Shown one piece after another: positions 38,063 to 50,960 of a stretch of DNA of 64,000 nt. Under the pieces are notes generated by a model. The model saw only the letters and a list, made by a program, of their open reading frames with translations. It did not search any database and was not told the origin of the DNA. The first letter of the stretch is position 1. Every line of letters starts with the position of its first letter. The stretch comes from Eledone cirrhosa (lineage: Eukaryota). Both the position numbers and the translations under genes were made by a program. The DNA is taken from assembly GCA_964016885.1 (NCBI GenBank), contig OZ024740.1:255812001-255876000 (forward strand), in the 5' to 3' direction.

Positions 38063-38497
38063 CAATTGTGCCAGGTAACATGTGCTTTCACACTTCCTAA
38101 TATGTGAAAGATTAATGACAATTGCACGTGGTCTTCTCTGTCAATTACTGTAAGCTTTACACACACACACACAACCATATATATATATATATATATATAT
38201 ATGTAGATAAATCTACCAAAATATACGGTAGTGTCCAATCCGTATGAAGAACTCAATGTAATCCAAATATCATGAAAAGAGAAGATGTATTCAAAATTTT
38301 TTTGATGAAAAACACAGGAAAACAGAGTCAAGATAAATTAATAAAAACAAGGAATAAAAACAAAGAAACAGTTCCTTATATTAAAAAAAAATCATCATTT
38401 TACGATCGTTTCTAGGATATATATGTGTGTGTTGGTATGTATATCATATAGATCTATGTAAAAGTTTTACAAACTATCAGAGGGAATATACATACCT

Positions 38498-38562
<65 letters not shown>

Positions 38563-38570
<8 letters not shown>

Positions 38571-39155
38571 AGTATGTATACGTACATACATATATGTATA
38601 CAGACGTACAGTAGTATGTATATATATATACATACATGCACATATATATATGTACGTATGGATTCACCAAACATTTATTATACTGCTCAGTCTGTTTGCA
38701 AACAAACATCCCGTATAAAGCCGCAGTGTCTAGCAACCACCGTTGCTCGTTTGTTCAACACTGACAAAGGAACGCTGTACTAGTTTCAAGCTTGTTAGCT
38801 ATCGTCAGCAACGTATTAACCCACTCGATATGCAAATTGGGCTACTCAGCCGTTAATATGCATAAGGAAAGTATATACTTTCGGACGTTCAACAATCTGG
38901 CAGGAGGGTATACGTTGCTGACGATAGCTAACAAGCTTGAAACTAGTACAGCGTTCCTTTGTCAGTGTTGAACAAACGAGCAACGATGGTTGCTAGACAC
39001 TGCGGCTTTATACGGGATGTTTGTTTGCAAACACAACGAGCATTATAATAAATGTTTGATGAATCCATACGTACATATATATATGTGCATGTATGTATAT
39101 ATATATATACATACTACTGTACGTCTGTATTCATATATGTATGTACGTATACATA

Positions 39156-39165
<10 letters not shown>
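38563..39165. repeat. Fold-back element (~250-bp arms, ~93-bp spacer) inside (TA)n
   Basis: 38563-38816 is the reverse complement of 38910-39165 with few mismatches. Confidence 0.9.
38912..38954 (+). ncRNA. Minimal type I hammerhead (mirror copy at 38772-38814, minus strand)
   Basis: acgttg-CTGACGA-tagc(taacaa)gctt-GAAAC-ta-GTA-cagcgt; palindromic stem III ACTAGT. Confidence 0.88.
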
Positions 39166-39251
<86 letters not shown>

Positions 39252-39287
39252 ATTAATAAATGGAAACTATATTTATAAAACCATATT

Positions 39288-39352
39288 TATTTCATTATAC
39301 ATATTTCAAGGACACCAAGTTAAATTATGGTGTGCTTTCATCAGATAAAATA
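39288..39352 (-). ncRNA. Hammerhead, same family as 22847-22911
   Basis: Minus: tattttat-CTGATGA-aagcacacca(taatttaact)tggtgtcctt-GAAA-tatgta-TA-atgaaata. Confidence 0.8.
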
Positions 39353-39999
39353 TAATATAGAACAATTTTATAAATAAATATTGACATACCCTTAAAGAAT
39401 GCAACCATTACTGTGGAGTTGTAGCTTTAATTATATTATTAGTATTGGATATTTTTAAAATAAGCCGTTGGGTTATGGAGACAGAGAAAGATAGAGAAGG
39501 AAAGAGAGAGAAAGAGCAGAACAACAGAGAGAGAAAGGTAGAGAGATAGAGAGGAGACAGAGAAAGGAGAGAGAACGAAAAACTCTAAGTCATATCTTGT
39601 TGAGTTATCTTAACATTTGAGATGAAATGAATAAATAAAATTAGAAATGTTAATAATCATGAATGGAATATACATATATAATATGAGAGATTTAACCATT
39701 GTTTAAATATGATTAGATGTTTAGTTAATCAGTTAAATATTGAGATCAATATATTAAAAATTGGGATCTATATATTAAGAAATCTATATATTATTATATT
39801 GTTAAAGATCTATATATTATATAACACGTATACACACGCAAAAATACATACATATAAATATATATACACACTTATAAAAATATACACACTTATAAAAATA
39901 CTTATAAAAATATACACACTTACAAAAAACCTTGTCAGGTAATGGATCTTGTGGGCCTCTTTATCAATAATTCTCTACATAGGAAAATACCTGAGATAA

Positions 40000-40207
40000 C
40001 TGGTATTGGTAGAGGGTCGGACGCCATGCTTTGCAGCATAGAGTTACGGCCCTTTATGATCTGAGTTCAAATCCCACCGAGGTTAACTTTGACTTTCATC
40101 CTTACGGAGTCGATAAAATAAAGTACCAGTAATGTACTTGGTCGATTTAATCGACTTTCCCCTCCCCCCAAATTACTGGCCTTGGGCCTATAGTAGAAAT
40201 AATTATT
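40000..40207 (+). mobile_element. tRNA-derived SINE
   Basis: B-box gagttcaaatccc plus the family core and tail. Confidence 0.88.
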
Positions 40208-40489
40208 ATTGGAGGTGAAGCCACGTTTCTTATCGGCTCCAATCTTTATTTCAACTGTGCACATTTATTTCGACCCTTTCTAACCTTTTATTCAAGTTTT
40301 AAACTTGATAAGAGTTTAGAGGAAGTGACCCACTTAACACAGGGAGTTCACTCCTAAATGATACGACACCCCGTTTTGGGGTGTCGTATTCAGTAAAATT
40401 TCATTGGAAAAATCTTTGGTTCAAACATAGATACCACTAGAAAGAGAGAGAGCGCGCTATAAGATAACATAGAGAGAGGAAGACGTCAA

Positions 40490-42705
40490 CATGTCAACAA
40501 GACAGCGTTCTAGCGTAGGTGAATACAAAAGAAAATATTTCGAAAGAAAAGAAAAGCAATATCGTTATTAATTAAATGGTTTCAGATTTTAAACAGGCAA
40601 ATAGTTCTGAAACAAACAACAACAGCAATAACAGAAACAACAACACCCTCAATAACAACAGCAACAACGAAAATAACAGCGATAAGGACGAGAAAGACAA
40701 TAGCAATGACAATAACAACAGCCACAACAACAATAGCAGCAGCAACAGTATCAACAAAAATAAACAATAATAACAACGACCACAACAACAGTAACAGCAG
40801 CAATAGTATCAACAAAAACAACAACAATAACAACAATAACAGCAGCAACAGTATCAATGAGGACAACAACAATAACAACATCAATAACAGTAACAACAAT
40901 CCCAGCACCAAGAACAAGACCAGTACCAACAGTAGCGGCAGAAACAATGGTGCCGCCGAAAAAGGGGCGATTTCTTTTGCAGGGGTGGCCCGGAATATAG
41001 AAACAGAGATAATCATGGAGGGGAAGATGGCAGTCGAAAGGGTCATGGCGAGTAAAAAAGAAAATAGAGTCTCCCTGAAACCTGCACCTGAGTTGTTCAA
41101 TGATCAACAGCTGCAGACTGTTACATACCGCACAATAAGCAAAAAAGGACATCGGGTGGAGATTATCAAATTCAAAAGGCTTTGGAGTGCGTGCGGGCAC
41201 GCAAAACCCACATCACCTGAAGCAAAATTATGCCACCGTGGGCTTACGTTTTTCCACTCCTCGGGAGGCCAAGTCTCACTCTTTGGTAACCCTAAAAAGC
41301 GAGGAGATAGTGTTAGTCACCTCATACTGCGGGCAGAAGATTGTGAAGGTCAAAGTGACCGAGTTCGCGCCTGACGTGCTCATACCTTGGTTGGCCGCGT
41401 CTGTCCTCGCCGGTGACGAGGACAGGACGACCATGCTGAGGATAGGGAGGCAGAACTGCTCAGATATTGGAATGCAAATGCTAATCCAAACTGACCAGAA
41501 GTGTATCGCGGCTATCGCAGATGTCATAGATCTTGAAGAAGGAATTCAACTCCCAATAAGCGTGGAAGGCAGGCACCCAAAATGCTATCTCTGTGGGTCG
41601 AAGGGTCACCTCAGGGCCCCTTTTGACCGCAGAACACAACAAAGGAGAAGGCATCCTCTTCCTTCCAACGCCTGATCCGTTGCTACCAGGAGCAGGGGCA
41701 GGCAACAGAGATGTCAGACCTTTCCGTAGTGATTAGGAGGGCAGCGTCAGTGACACCCATACCAAGTCCACGGACAACTAAAACAGTGGCAGCAGTTGCG
41801 CCAACACCAGCAGTTGCGCCAACACCAGCAGTCGCAGTAGTTACACCGGCGGCAAAATCACCGGAGCGGGCTCCACTAGCACCACCAACAGTCATGGAGC
41901 TCATACCCCTTCCAGAACGCAGGGAATCCGACAGGGAGTGTGAGGCGGGAGTGGTGTGGCAAAAGGTCTGCCACAAAAAGAAAAGAAACCCTTAGCTTGG
42001 CCCTCCAAAAGCGGGTGCAAACGTAAAGGTTGCAAGACAACTTGCAGCAACACCACCACCATCACCACCACCACTACAAGCATCACCACCAATAACAACC
42101 ACACCACCATCACCATTACCACAAGCACCAACATTGCAAACACAAGAAGGCACACACACCCAACAGCAGCAAGAAGAAAACAGCAGCAAAACCAAACTAC
42201 ACAGCCATAAACATTGCAAATAAAGAACTTATGGAACATATAAAGCAGCACATAGACATTACAGACAAAAATTACTACACCCAACCAACACCAGGAACAT
42301 TACCAAAAAAATATAAACATTGGCGAGATTAAACTGGAACATTATAAACATTTAAAACAAAAATCTCCCAACGCAGTTGGAGACTTCAGAGGGTTGCTTA
42401 CCAAGAGAATATACACTGATATTATCTTGGAGACACCCATGACCAGCCAAAGGGACGGTTCGACTATCCCTTTCCCACACGATCAAGATAGGTGATCCTT
42501 TCTCACTTACCCCATTCCTCACCCAACATGGCCTTACTTAGAATAGGTAATGTAAATGTACGTGGCCTGGGTCTACCTTGGAAGCAAGGCCACCGGCTTA
42601 ATGACCTCAGGTCAGTAAACATAGATGTGGTGGCCATCAGCGAGACTAGAATTTCCGAAGCACGAGCCTTTGCACCGATCTTCAGCGGCTACGATGTATA
42701 CGCAT
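40490..42705 (+). mobile_element. L1/Tx1-clade LINE 5' part (poly-Asn ORF1 with zinc knuckle; start of ORF2 APE), ending at SINE insertions
   Basis: (AAC)n-rich N-terminus, ISFAGVA, SVEGRHPKCYLCGSKGHLRA, then MALLRIGNVNVRGL...DVVAISET. Confidence 0.85.
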
Positions 42706-42706
42706 T

Positions 42707-43208
42707 ATTGCAGTACCGGTAAAGGGTCGACCGCCATGCTTTGGTGCATAGAGTTACGGCTCTTTATGTTCTGAGTTCAAATCCCGCCGAGGTCAACTTT
42801 GCCTTTCATCCTTACGGGGTCGATAAAATAAAGTACCAGTCACGCACTGGGATCGATTTAATGGACTTTCCTCTCCCCCAAAATTGCTGGCCTTGTGCCT
42901 ATATAAGAAATCATAATTATATATATTATATAGGGCGGTGGATTGGCAGAGTTGGTAGAGGGTTGGACATGCTTTCCAGCATAGTTACGTCCCTTTACGA
43001 TCTGAGTTCAAATCCCGCCAAGGTTAACTTTGCCTTTCATCCTTACGAGGTCGATAAAATAAAGTACCAGTAATGTACTGGATAATTGGTGGCCTTGTGC
43101 CTAAAGTAGAAACAATTATTATATATATTATCTAGGCGCATTGGCAGTATCGGTAGTGGGTAATACACTGGGATAATTGGTGGCCTTGTGGCAAAAGTAG
43201 AAACAATT
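42707..43208 (+). mobile_element. Cluster of three SINE copies (42707-42920, 42932-43120, internally deleted 43135-43208)
   Basis: Family A/B boxes, core and tail. Confidence 0.88.
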
Positions 43209-43295
43209 AAAGTGGACTGTTGAAGTAAACAGACGTGTTTTTATTTCTCTCTCAAAGTCAGGAGCAATCTACACAGCTAAAAAGCCTAGCTGACC

Positions 43296-43338
<43 letters not shown>

Positions 43339-43340
<2 letters not shown>

Positions 43341-45202
43341 GAAAATAAACCAAAGAACCCTTCAATACATCAAAAGTCTTTATTAGCCAACAATGTTTCG
43401 TTCTATTAAGGACTCATCAGGGCAATTAAAGCTATATGAAGCACTATTCAATACAAGCCGAAAACTCAGAAGAATATGGAGTGTACATAGATTAAATCAT
43501 CGGAAAATAATCGGGTAAAAATTATCAAGTAAAAAATTATCAAGTGAAAATTGCTAAGGAAGTAAGTAACATTTTGAACCATATTACAAATATAGTCCAA
43601 TGCAAAAACTAGAGCTAAAATAGAGGTGGTGATATAGAGCGGGAATTATTGTACTATATATAATATAATATAATATAATATAATATAATTAATAATGATA
43701 ATAATAATAATGTTAAAAGGCCCAATATACATATATATATACATATGTACACTTACATACATATATATCAATACACATTTCCATCAATAGATATATTTTT
43801 ATAGTGTTATATTTAAATTCGGGGATTTTGATCACTTAAACCATAGCTAATTTTGTATGGACTTATGTATTTTAACTACTTTCAATATTAATTAATTTAA
43901 TAGGGTTTTCTAGTCATTTATCCTGGTTTGTTTCCCAAATTTTTTACTTAACTGCATGCGACACCTAAGTAAATACTTTTGTTTTTGTTTTTCGATTTCC
44001 GGTTGATTGTATTTATTTATATATACTACCGTGCGTCGTCTGTCTGTCTGGCTCTCATTCACTTATTCACACATGTCTGTCCACCAAATATGTAATTATG
44101 CATATTATACTATGTTCAATATTTTATATTGAAATTTTATATCATTCCACTCTTTGTAAATGTACTACTGATCATTATTTACCGATTATTATATGTACCA
44201 TTATATTATGTTAAATTCTGTAAATCCTGTAATATGTTATATTTTTATAATTCTTGTAATGTTTAGATAATATTTATTTACACCAACTGTATAGAAATTT
44301 GATCTATTTTCTTGCAATGGTTTTGATATTTTTTCAACATAATTTTTCAAATATAATTTAGTTCTATATAATGTTTTTTCTCACCCTGACTGTAAACCTA
44401 TAGGATTTGTTAAGTTATATGCCATTACATTATAATATTGTGATTTTAATGTTATTGTAACATTTATATTGTTTGTGCAAATTAACCGGAGATTATCTAT
44501 TATATAATTATATAGCTTATTATATATTTTATGCTTACTTTTAATCATTTATTTTTCATTTTATACTGTAAATGTATTATATTTTAATTTTATTTTCATT
44601 TGTATTTTTCATTTGTATTTCTATTTCTATTTTTATTATTATTATTATTATTATTTATATTTAAACTCTTAATAAGGGTTAGTTTGTGCTTCTATTGATG
44701 GAAATGTGTATTGATATATATGTATGTAAGTGTACATATGTATATATATATATATATGTATATTGGGCCTTTTAACATTATTATTATTATCATTATTAAT
44801 TATATTATATTATATTATATTATATTATATTATATTATATTATATTATATTATATTATATTATATATAGTACAATAATTTCCGCTCTATATCACCACCTC
44901 TATTTTAGCTCTAGTTTTTGCATTGGACTATATTTGTAATATGATTCAAAATGTTACTTACTTCCTTAGCAATTTTCACTTGATAATTTTTTACTTGATA
45001 ATTTTTTACTTGATAATTTTTACCCGATTATTTTCCTATGATTTAATCTATGTACACGCCATATTCTTCTGAGTTTTCGGGTTGTATTGGCTGATAGTGC
45101 TTCATATAGCTTTAATTGCCCTGATGAGTCCTCAATAGGACGAAACATTGTTGGCTAATAAAGACTTTTGATGTATTGAAGGCTTCTTTGGTTTATTTTC
45201 AT
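43339..45202. mobile_element. Non-coding fold-back element (~450-510-bp inverted arms, ~900-bp AT-rich spacer) with hammerheads, probably PLE-derived
   Basis: 43339-43791 is the reverse complement of 44691-45202; (TA)n flanks. Confidence 0.8.
45111..45163 (+). ncRNA. Minimal type I hammerhead (mirror copy at 43378-43431, minus strand)
   Basis: tttaattgcc-CTGATGA-gtcct(caat)aggac-GAAAC-att-GTT-ggctaataaa. Confidence 0.85.
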
Positions 45203-45442
45203 AATTCCTCGGCTCTGTTTAATTACATTGAGCTATACCTTTACTGTCATTTCTATAATACGAAAAGGGTGTCTAACTCCAACACACTCTAGTATTTCAA
45301 TTCTTATATATATATATATATATATATAGTTAAAGAATGAAGAGTAACATGGTTGGCTGCACAATAAGGGGCTTTATTTAAAGTACTGACGCAGAGTACT
45401 CACAACCTCTAACTGGATTACCTATAACGATAACTTATTATC

Positions 45443-45499
<57 letters not shown>

Positions 45500-45506
<7 letters not shown>

Positions 45507-46250
45507 GAATGCATATATAGTGTATTTTGCAATACACTGTATGCTTAATAAAAAGCATTTTGAAGACCTTATGCTATTCTTTTAAAGTAGTGACAGACTC
45601 ACTTACTTTAATTTCAGCAAACAGGGGGAGATAAAGCTGACAAGGCATTGTTTCTGCATTTATAAAGCTGACAAGGACTTGTTTCTAGTAAATATCAGCA
45701 AACGGGAGGAGTTGTTGGCTTTTATAAGCATCAATAAATGCAGAAACAAGGCCTTGTCAGCTTTATCTCCCCCTATTTGCTGAAATTAAAGTAAGTGAGT
45801 CTGTCACTATTCTAAAACAATAGCATAAGGTCTTCAAAATGTTTTTTATTAAGCATACAGTGTATTGCAAAATACACTCTATATACATTCATATATATAT
45901 AGCTATTTCAGAGCAACAATTCTAATTTTTAATTTCTGCTTGACCGGCAATCGCTCTGTATAATCAGTTCCTGATTATTTACTAGAATTCTATAAGAACC
46001 AAAACATCCAGGTTTTCAGCAAACGGGAGGAGTAGTTGGCTTTGATAAGCATCAATAAATGCAGAAACAAGGCATTGTCAGCTTTATCTCCTCCTGTTTG
46101 CTGAAATTAAAGTAAGTGAGTCTGTCACTACTCCAAAACAATCGGATAAGGTCTTCAAAATGCTTTTTATTAAGCATACAGTGTATTGCAAAATACACTA
46201 TATCTACATTCATATATATATAGCTATTTCAGAGCAACAATTCTAATATA
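45500..46250 (+). repeat. 321-bp tandem unit (two copies) with an inverted upstream arm, inside (TA)n
   Basis: ~45697-45927 repeats at ~46017-46247; 45503-45663 is an inverted copy. Confidence 0.85.
46038..46083 (+). ncRNA. Hammerhead, U3-A8 variant (copy at 45717-45762 has G5 mutated)
   Basis: ggct-TTGATAA-gcat(caataa)atgc-a-GAAAC-aa(ggca)tt-GTC-agct. Confidence 0.7.
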
Positions 46251-46506
46251 TATATATATATATATACAATAAAGTATGTCCATAGAATCATTTGATAAAA
46301 TGTATACATCATCTCCTCTCCCAATCAGCATAATCAACCACAGAAAAAACCAATTAAACAAGGCTATAAGATTAAAAGGCACCTATGAAGAAATAATAGA
46401 TAAATAAACGACAGATATCTATCCGCGATCAACAGCTATAGAATATTTACCCACCATTTCTAATAGCACGTGGAAATTGATTAAATATATCGTCAACCAT
46501 ACACAA

Positions 46507-47198
46507 TTAGGAATCCATAGGCCCTGGGCTGAAAGTTCTCCGGAAGAGAGCAAACAGCTGATTTTCTTCGACGCCCAGGATCTCTCCGAGAACGTCGTCG
46601 CTCTTCCCCTCCACTAGTCCTCTATAGAACGCCGAGGTGGATGTTCCACCAATACTGGTGCCCAGCTGGCAGAGGGCAGTGAGCGTCTGGAGACATTCCA
46701 GTTTCCAATCGCTATCCCTCGGTCTTTTCCTGACCCAGGACTGCAGTTCCGTCAAGGTGACAAGCTGTGCGAAAACGTGCCTGGCGAACGGCGACCACAC
46801 CTGTTCACCGTCAAGGAAGGACCAGAGATGTCGCAGCCTCAGCGCATGTTTGCGCATCATCAGCCATGGCATGCCCAGTCCTCCACGCAACGGGTGTTGA
46901 CAGCAGATGGATCGTCTGACCATGGGAGCGCGTCCCTTCTACAAAAAAGCGGAAGAGAATGTGCTCCATTTTGGTGAGAGTTGGGTCGGGGCAAGGGAAG
47001 ACGGTGAGGCGGTAGCAGATGACGGTTGCGATGTACGCATTCGCCACCTCCGCCCGGCCTTTCAGGGATAGCTTCCTCTCGGCCCATTTCTGGGTGAGGG
47101 AGGCCACCCTGCTCGTCACCTCGCTCCAGTTTTTCTGCATCTGGAGTTCCGGTCCGAACCATAACCCGAGCAATTTAACCGGTCCATCCATCCAACGG
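46507..47198 (-). mobile_element. L1/Tx1-clade LINE fragment (post-RT)
   Basis: VKLLGLWFG, LSLKGRAEVAN, PLRGGLGMP; same family as 58250-58900. Confidence 0.85.
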
Positions 47199-47199
47199 T

Positions 47200-48830
47200 T
47201 ATAGGGCTACTGTATAATGTGTGTTCTGTTGGCAGTCTGTCTGAGTGCACAGACTGTCCCAGTGCGGAGGTTCCGAGTTACCCTAGGCCAGTTAGAAGGT
47301 GTAGGTAATAAACCGTTACCTTTATTAAGCAAGCGGGGAATAATTCAAGTAGGCTGTAGTTGCTACTATTAAACGAACTCTGATGGTGTGGGTGTGGTAA
47401 TATACCCTTCTCGCTAGATTTATAGTTATGATGCGGGCCGTAGCCAGTGACACTATTATCTCTTCTAATATTTTTTCGCTAGTTGGGCCGCTGTGGCGTT
47501 GGTTATAGCTATGGCTCGCTATAATACTAGTCCTATATGATGGGGGCTTTATAGAGCCTGCATCGTGGCGGTATGAACTTTTTTGTTATAGTCTGAATCA
47601 TCCAATGCCTTGTTATAATAATCAGCAGTTTGGTTGAAGAGGTCTTCATTAGCAGAAAGCCTAAAGATTCTATGTGAGATGCTATGCACAATAGAGCTGA
47701 GCGTAGATTTAGGGCGGTTAGAAGCATAATTGATGTAAGATAGAAACTCACCTGGCTTATGATAAGGTCTGTATAAGCCGGTACCTAATTCTAAGGTAAC
47801 ATCTAAGAAGTTAACTATATGATGGTTGAGGTCGATAGTTACGGAGAGGCCGTACGACTTAAAGAACTTGTGTTTTCTCTCCTACGTGGGTTATGGTTCT
47901 TTACAGTAAATAGGGCGCGTCCCTATATACACCTCCTTGTAGTACAGAGATCTCATCTCTAAGTCTATGCAGGAGGTAAATTCCGATCAGATCAGTTGCC
48001 TGCGCCGAAGCACTTGACCCCATCGTGATATCAAAGTTATCAGTACGGTTGGTTCTGGTCCAGTAGGGACCCTCGAAGTGAACAATAGTTCTCCGCGCTG
48101 CAAGCACTATATCTATTTCTTATTTAGTTAAACTAGTGTTAGATCTAGTTAAGATGAGGGCCTTATTTAAGAGTATGGGGGAAATAGAGGCATAGTAATT
48201 GTCTATGTCAAACTGGATAAATTTCAGAGATGCCTTATCAGGTAGATCCGTGAACTATTTAATGACCTGCTCGGTATTGTTCCAGAGACAGACTATAGCT
48301 TTACTATTGAGTTCGGGTATTATCCTATCGAGGATCACTTTGCTAATTTTACATATATCTGAAGTGAAAGGGCATATTAATCTAATAGAGGGGCTTTCAC
48401 TCAAATTATATTTGTGATCCTTAAGAGAAAATGTTGGTGTCATAGGTACATAAGGGTTAGTGTATTTATCTATATATAAGCTAGTTACAATATCTTTGCC
48501 TAATCTGTTAATGTCATTTAAAGTACTAATAGGTGTTTTCATATAATTTGTGTTTAATTCATTATAAATGAATAGTCTATATCTACTTACATCCAACTTA
48601 TACAGGTTCTTAGTTTTATTAGAGGCAACGAAAAGGTGTCTGTCGTTCTTGATCCTAGTGATGAGAGAGTCCAGGGAGGTCAGGAACAAATTGCTGCCTT
48701 TGCGTCTATTCATAAACTTGATATTTTTGATCATATTGAGTAAATATGCCTCAAAAGAGTGCAACAGTGTATTGTGTAGGTCTTAAAACCGTGTAGGTCT
48801 TAAAACCGTATTTTTCTTTAGGCGCAGGAA
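47200..48830 (-). mobile_element. Naiad-like PLE RT fragment, degenerate
   Basis: SNKTKNLY, FSLKDHK...SIRLICP, FIQFDIDNYY, FDITMGSSASAQATDLIG, GVYRD, NFLDVTL. Confidence 0.85.
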
Positions 48831-48896
48831 GATCATCTGTGTCCTTTTATTATATATATATATATATATATATAATAAAAGGACACAGATAATCTT

Positions 48897-49001
48897 CCCG
48901 TCGAGGTTAACTTTGCCTTTCATCCTTACGGGGTCGATAAAATAAAGTACCAGTAATGTCCTGTGTAATTGCTGGCCTTGTGCCAATAGTAGAAACAATT
49001 A
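48897..49001 (+). mobile_element. 5'-truncated SINE
   Basis: Family core and tail. Confidence 0.8.
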
Positions 49002-49084
49002 TATATATATAATATATATAATATATATAATATATATTTAATATATATATAATATATATAAACAATTATATATATCTATATATA

Positions 49085-49952
49085 TAGTTTTTTCAAATTG
49101 AAGGATGAGTATTTAAGCTTTATTTTATTCTGAGTTAAGACTCTATTGGTTTATTTCCCTGGATTTCACAAAATCTGTGGATAAAATCTCTGTCTTGACT
49201 TTTTTTTAATTGAGTTTGAATTATTTTCCCATGTCTTACGTTAAATATTTTCCATTTTGACGTTATAGTCACCTATATATTATGAAATACTGTTGGCTTC
49301 TTGCTCACATTAATTTCTCTATTTTCATTTATATTTATACTCGGAATGTTTCCTAGAGTGCTTAAAATTATTTGTGATTAATCCCGGTCTTTTTTTTTAA
49401 ACTGCGATAATATTGCTACATGCTGAACTCCATACATTTTTGTCGAGTTTTTTCGGAATGTTTTGACTGCTGTTTCTTGTAAACAGACATTCGTCTCATT
49501 CTGACGTCACCAGCAATGTTTATCCATGTGTGTTTATTTTCATAATTCCGCACGAGGTGAACTAGCCTGCTTTTAAATTCCCTTTCTGGCATATTTTGGC
49601 AGTGGTCGTGGGTTATCGTGTTGAGCTCTACCGATGAACGACTCCAACCGTGACTAATCCCACTGAAAAGTTTCGTGAAATAGTCTTTTTAAGACTATAT
49701 AGAGCATTTGTAGTTTTTCCAATTGAAGGATGAGTATTTAAGGTTTATTTTATTCTGAGTTAAGACTATTGGTTTTTTTCCCTGGATTTCACAAAATCTG
49801 TGGATAAAATCTCTGTCTTGACTTTTTTTTAATTGAGTTTGAATTATTTTCCCATATCTTACGTTAAATATTTTCCATTTTGACGTTATAGTCACTTATA
49901 TATTATGAAATACTGTTGGCTTCTTGCTCACATTTATTTCTCTATTTTCATT

Positions 49953-49955
<3 letters not shown>
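49085..49955 (+). repeat. Direct repeats (~250 bp, period ~626) around a hammerhead-containing non-coding unit, flanked by (TA)n
   Basis: 49085-49338 matches 49711-49955. Confidence 0.88.
49625..49705 (+). ncRNA. Hammerhead with CCGATGA core (U4C) and long stem III
   Basis: gctcta-CCGATGA-acga[31 nt]tcgt-GAAA-tagtctt(ttt)aagacta-TA-tagagc; all three stems pair perfectly. Confidence 0.82.
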
Positions 49956-49992
<37 letters not shown>

Positions 49993-50147
49993 AAGTCCTA
50001 TTTAAATTGTTGGGATACAACAAGCAAATATTTTTATAACTGATATAAAGCACTCAACAAATATTTGGAGTAAAAATACGATATTAATAAATGGAAACTA
50101 TATTTATAAAACCATATTCCACCTTCACTTTCAATAATAATAATAAT

Positions 50148-50342
50148 GATTTCTAATTTAGGCACTTGAAGGGGAGGGGGAAATCGATTAAATTGACCCT
50201 AGTGCATTACTGGTGCTTTATTTTATCGGCACCGTAAGGATGAAGGGCAAAGTTAACCTCGGCGGGATTTGAATTCAGAACGTGAAGGGCCATAGCTCTA
50301 TGCTGCAAAGCATGGTGTCTGACGCTTTACAGATACTGTCAA
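50148..50342 (-). mobile_element. tRNA-derived SINE
   Basis: Reverse complement of the family consensus, between (aat)n tracts. Confidence 0.85.
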
Positions 50343-50348
50343 ATGACA

Positions 50349-50403
<55 letters not shown>

Positions 50404-50404
50404 T

Positions 50405-50602
50405 TTCTTTAATGACCACAAGGGCTGACATCAAGAAAAACATTACAGACGGCACAGCACGGTACGATGTGGGTTCTGTGCGTGTAAATATTTTTATTAT
50501 TTATATAAGAAAAGAAAAAGAAAAAGACATAGAAACATATACATATATATAAACAATAAAGATGAAAATTGAAACAATAGCGGGGAAACCTCCGAGGGTT
50601 AC
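50405..50602 (-). mobile_element. 3' tail fragment of the Tx1-like LINE family
   Basis: Matches 50962-51108 joined to 57608-57674. Confidence 0.8.
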
Positions 50603-50609
50603 AATAATA

Positions 50610-50960
50610 ATGACACGAGAATGCTAGAAAAGGAGAGGGAGAAAATTAACCGATAGCAGGACTTAAAGTGGGAGGTAAAAAGGATATGGAACTGCCATGA
50701 GGTCAAAGTGGTCCCGATTGTCATAGGCGCACTAGGTACTATCTCAAAGAGTTTCCAAGGATGGTTAAAGAAAATTAGTCCCGCCCCGCTTTTTGGAACA
50801 TTTCAAAAGGCATGCTTGCTGGGAACAGCAAGAAACCTCCGATACGTCCTGAATATCTGAGGCTGCAGGTAGTGGCTTGATATTCATTTCAACAAACTTT
50901 CCAGTTAACTAACATCAATGACTAAGACTCAAAGAACAATAATAATAATAATAATAATAA
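50610..50960 (+). mobile_element. R4/Dong-like element 3' end with (TAA)n tail
   Basis: QDLKWEVKRIW...VVPIVIGALGTI...QKACLLGTARNLRYVL*, then a 3' UTR and (aat)n; aat repeats on both sides. Confidence 0.8.

Noticed and set aside
37871-38065. Gly/Ala-rich ORF resembling a transcription-factor low-complexity exon
   Set aside because: Pure trinucleotide repeat with no domain or splice evidence
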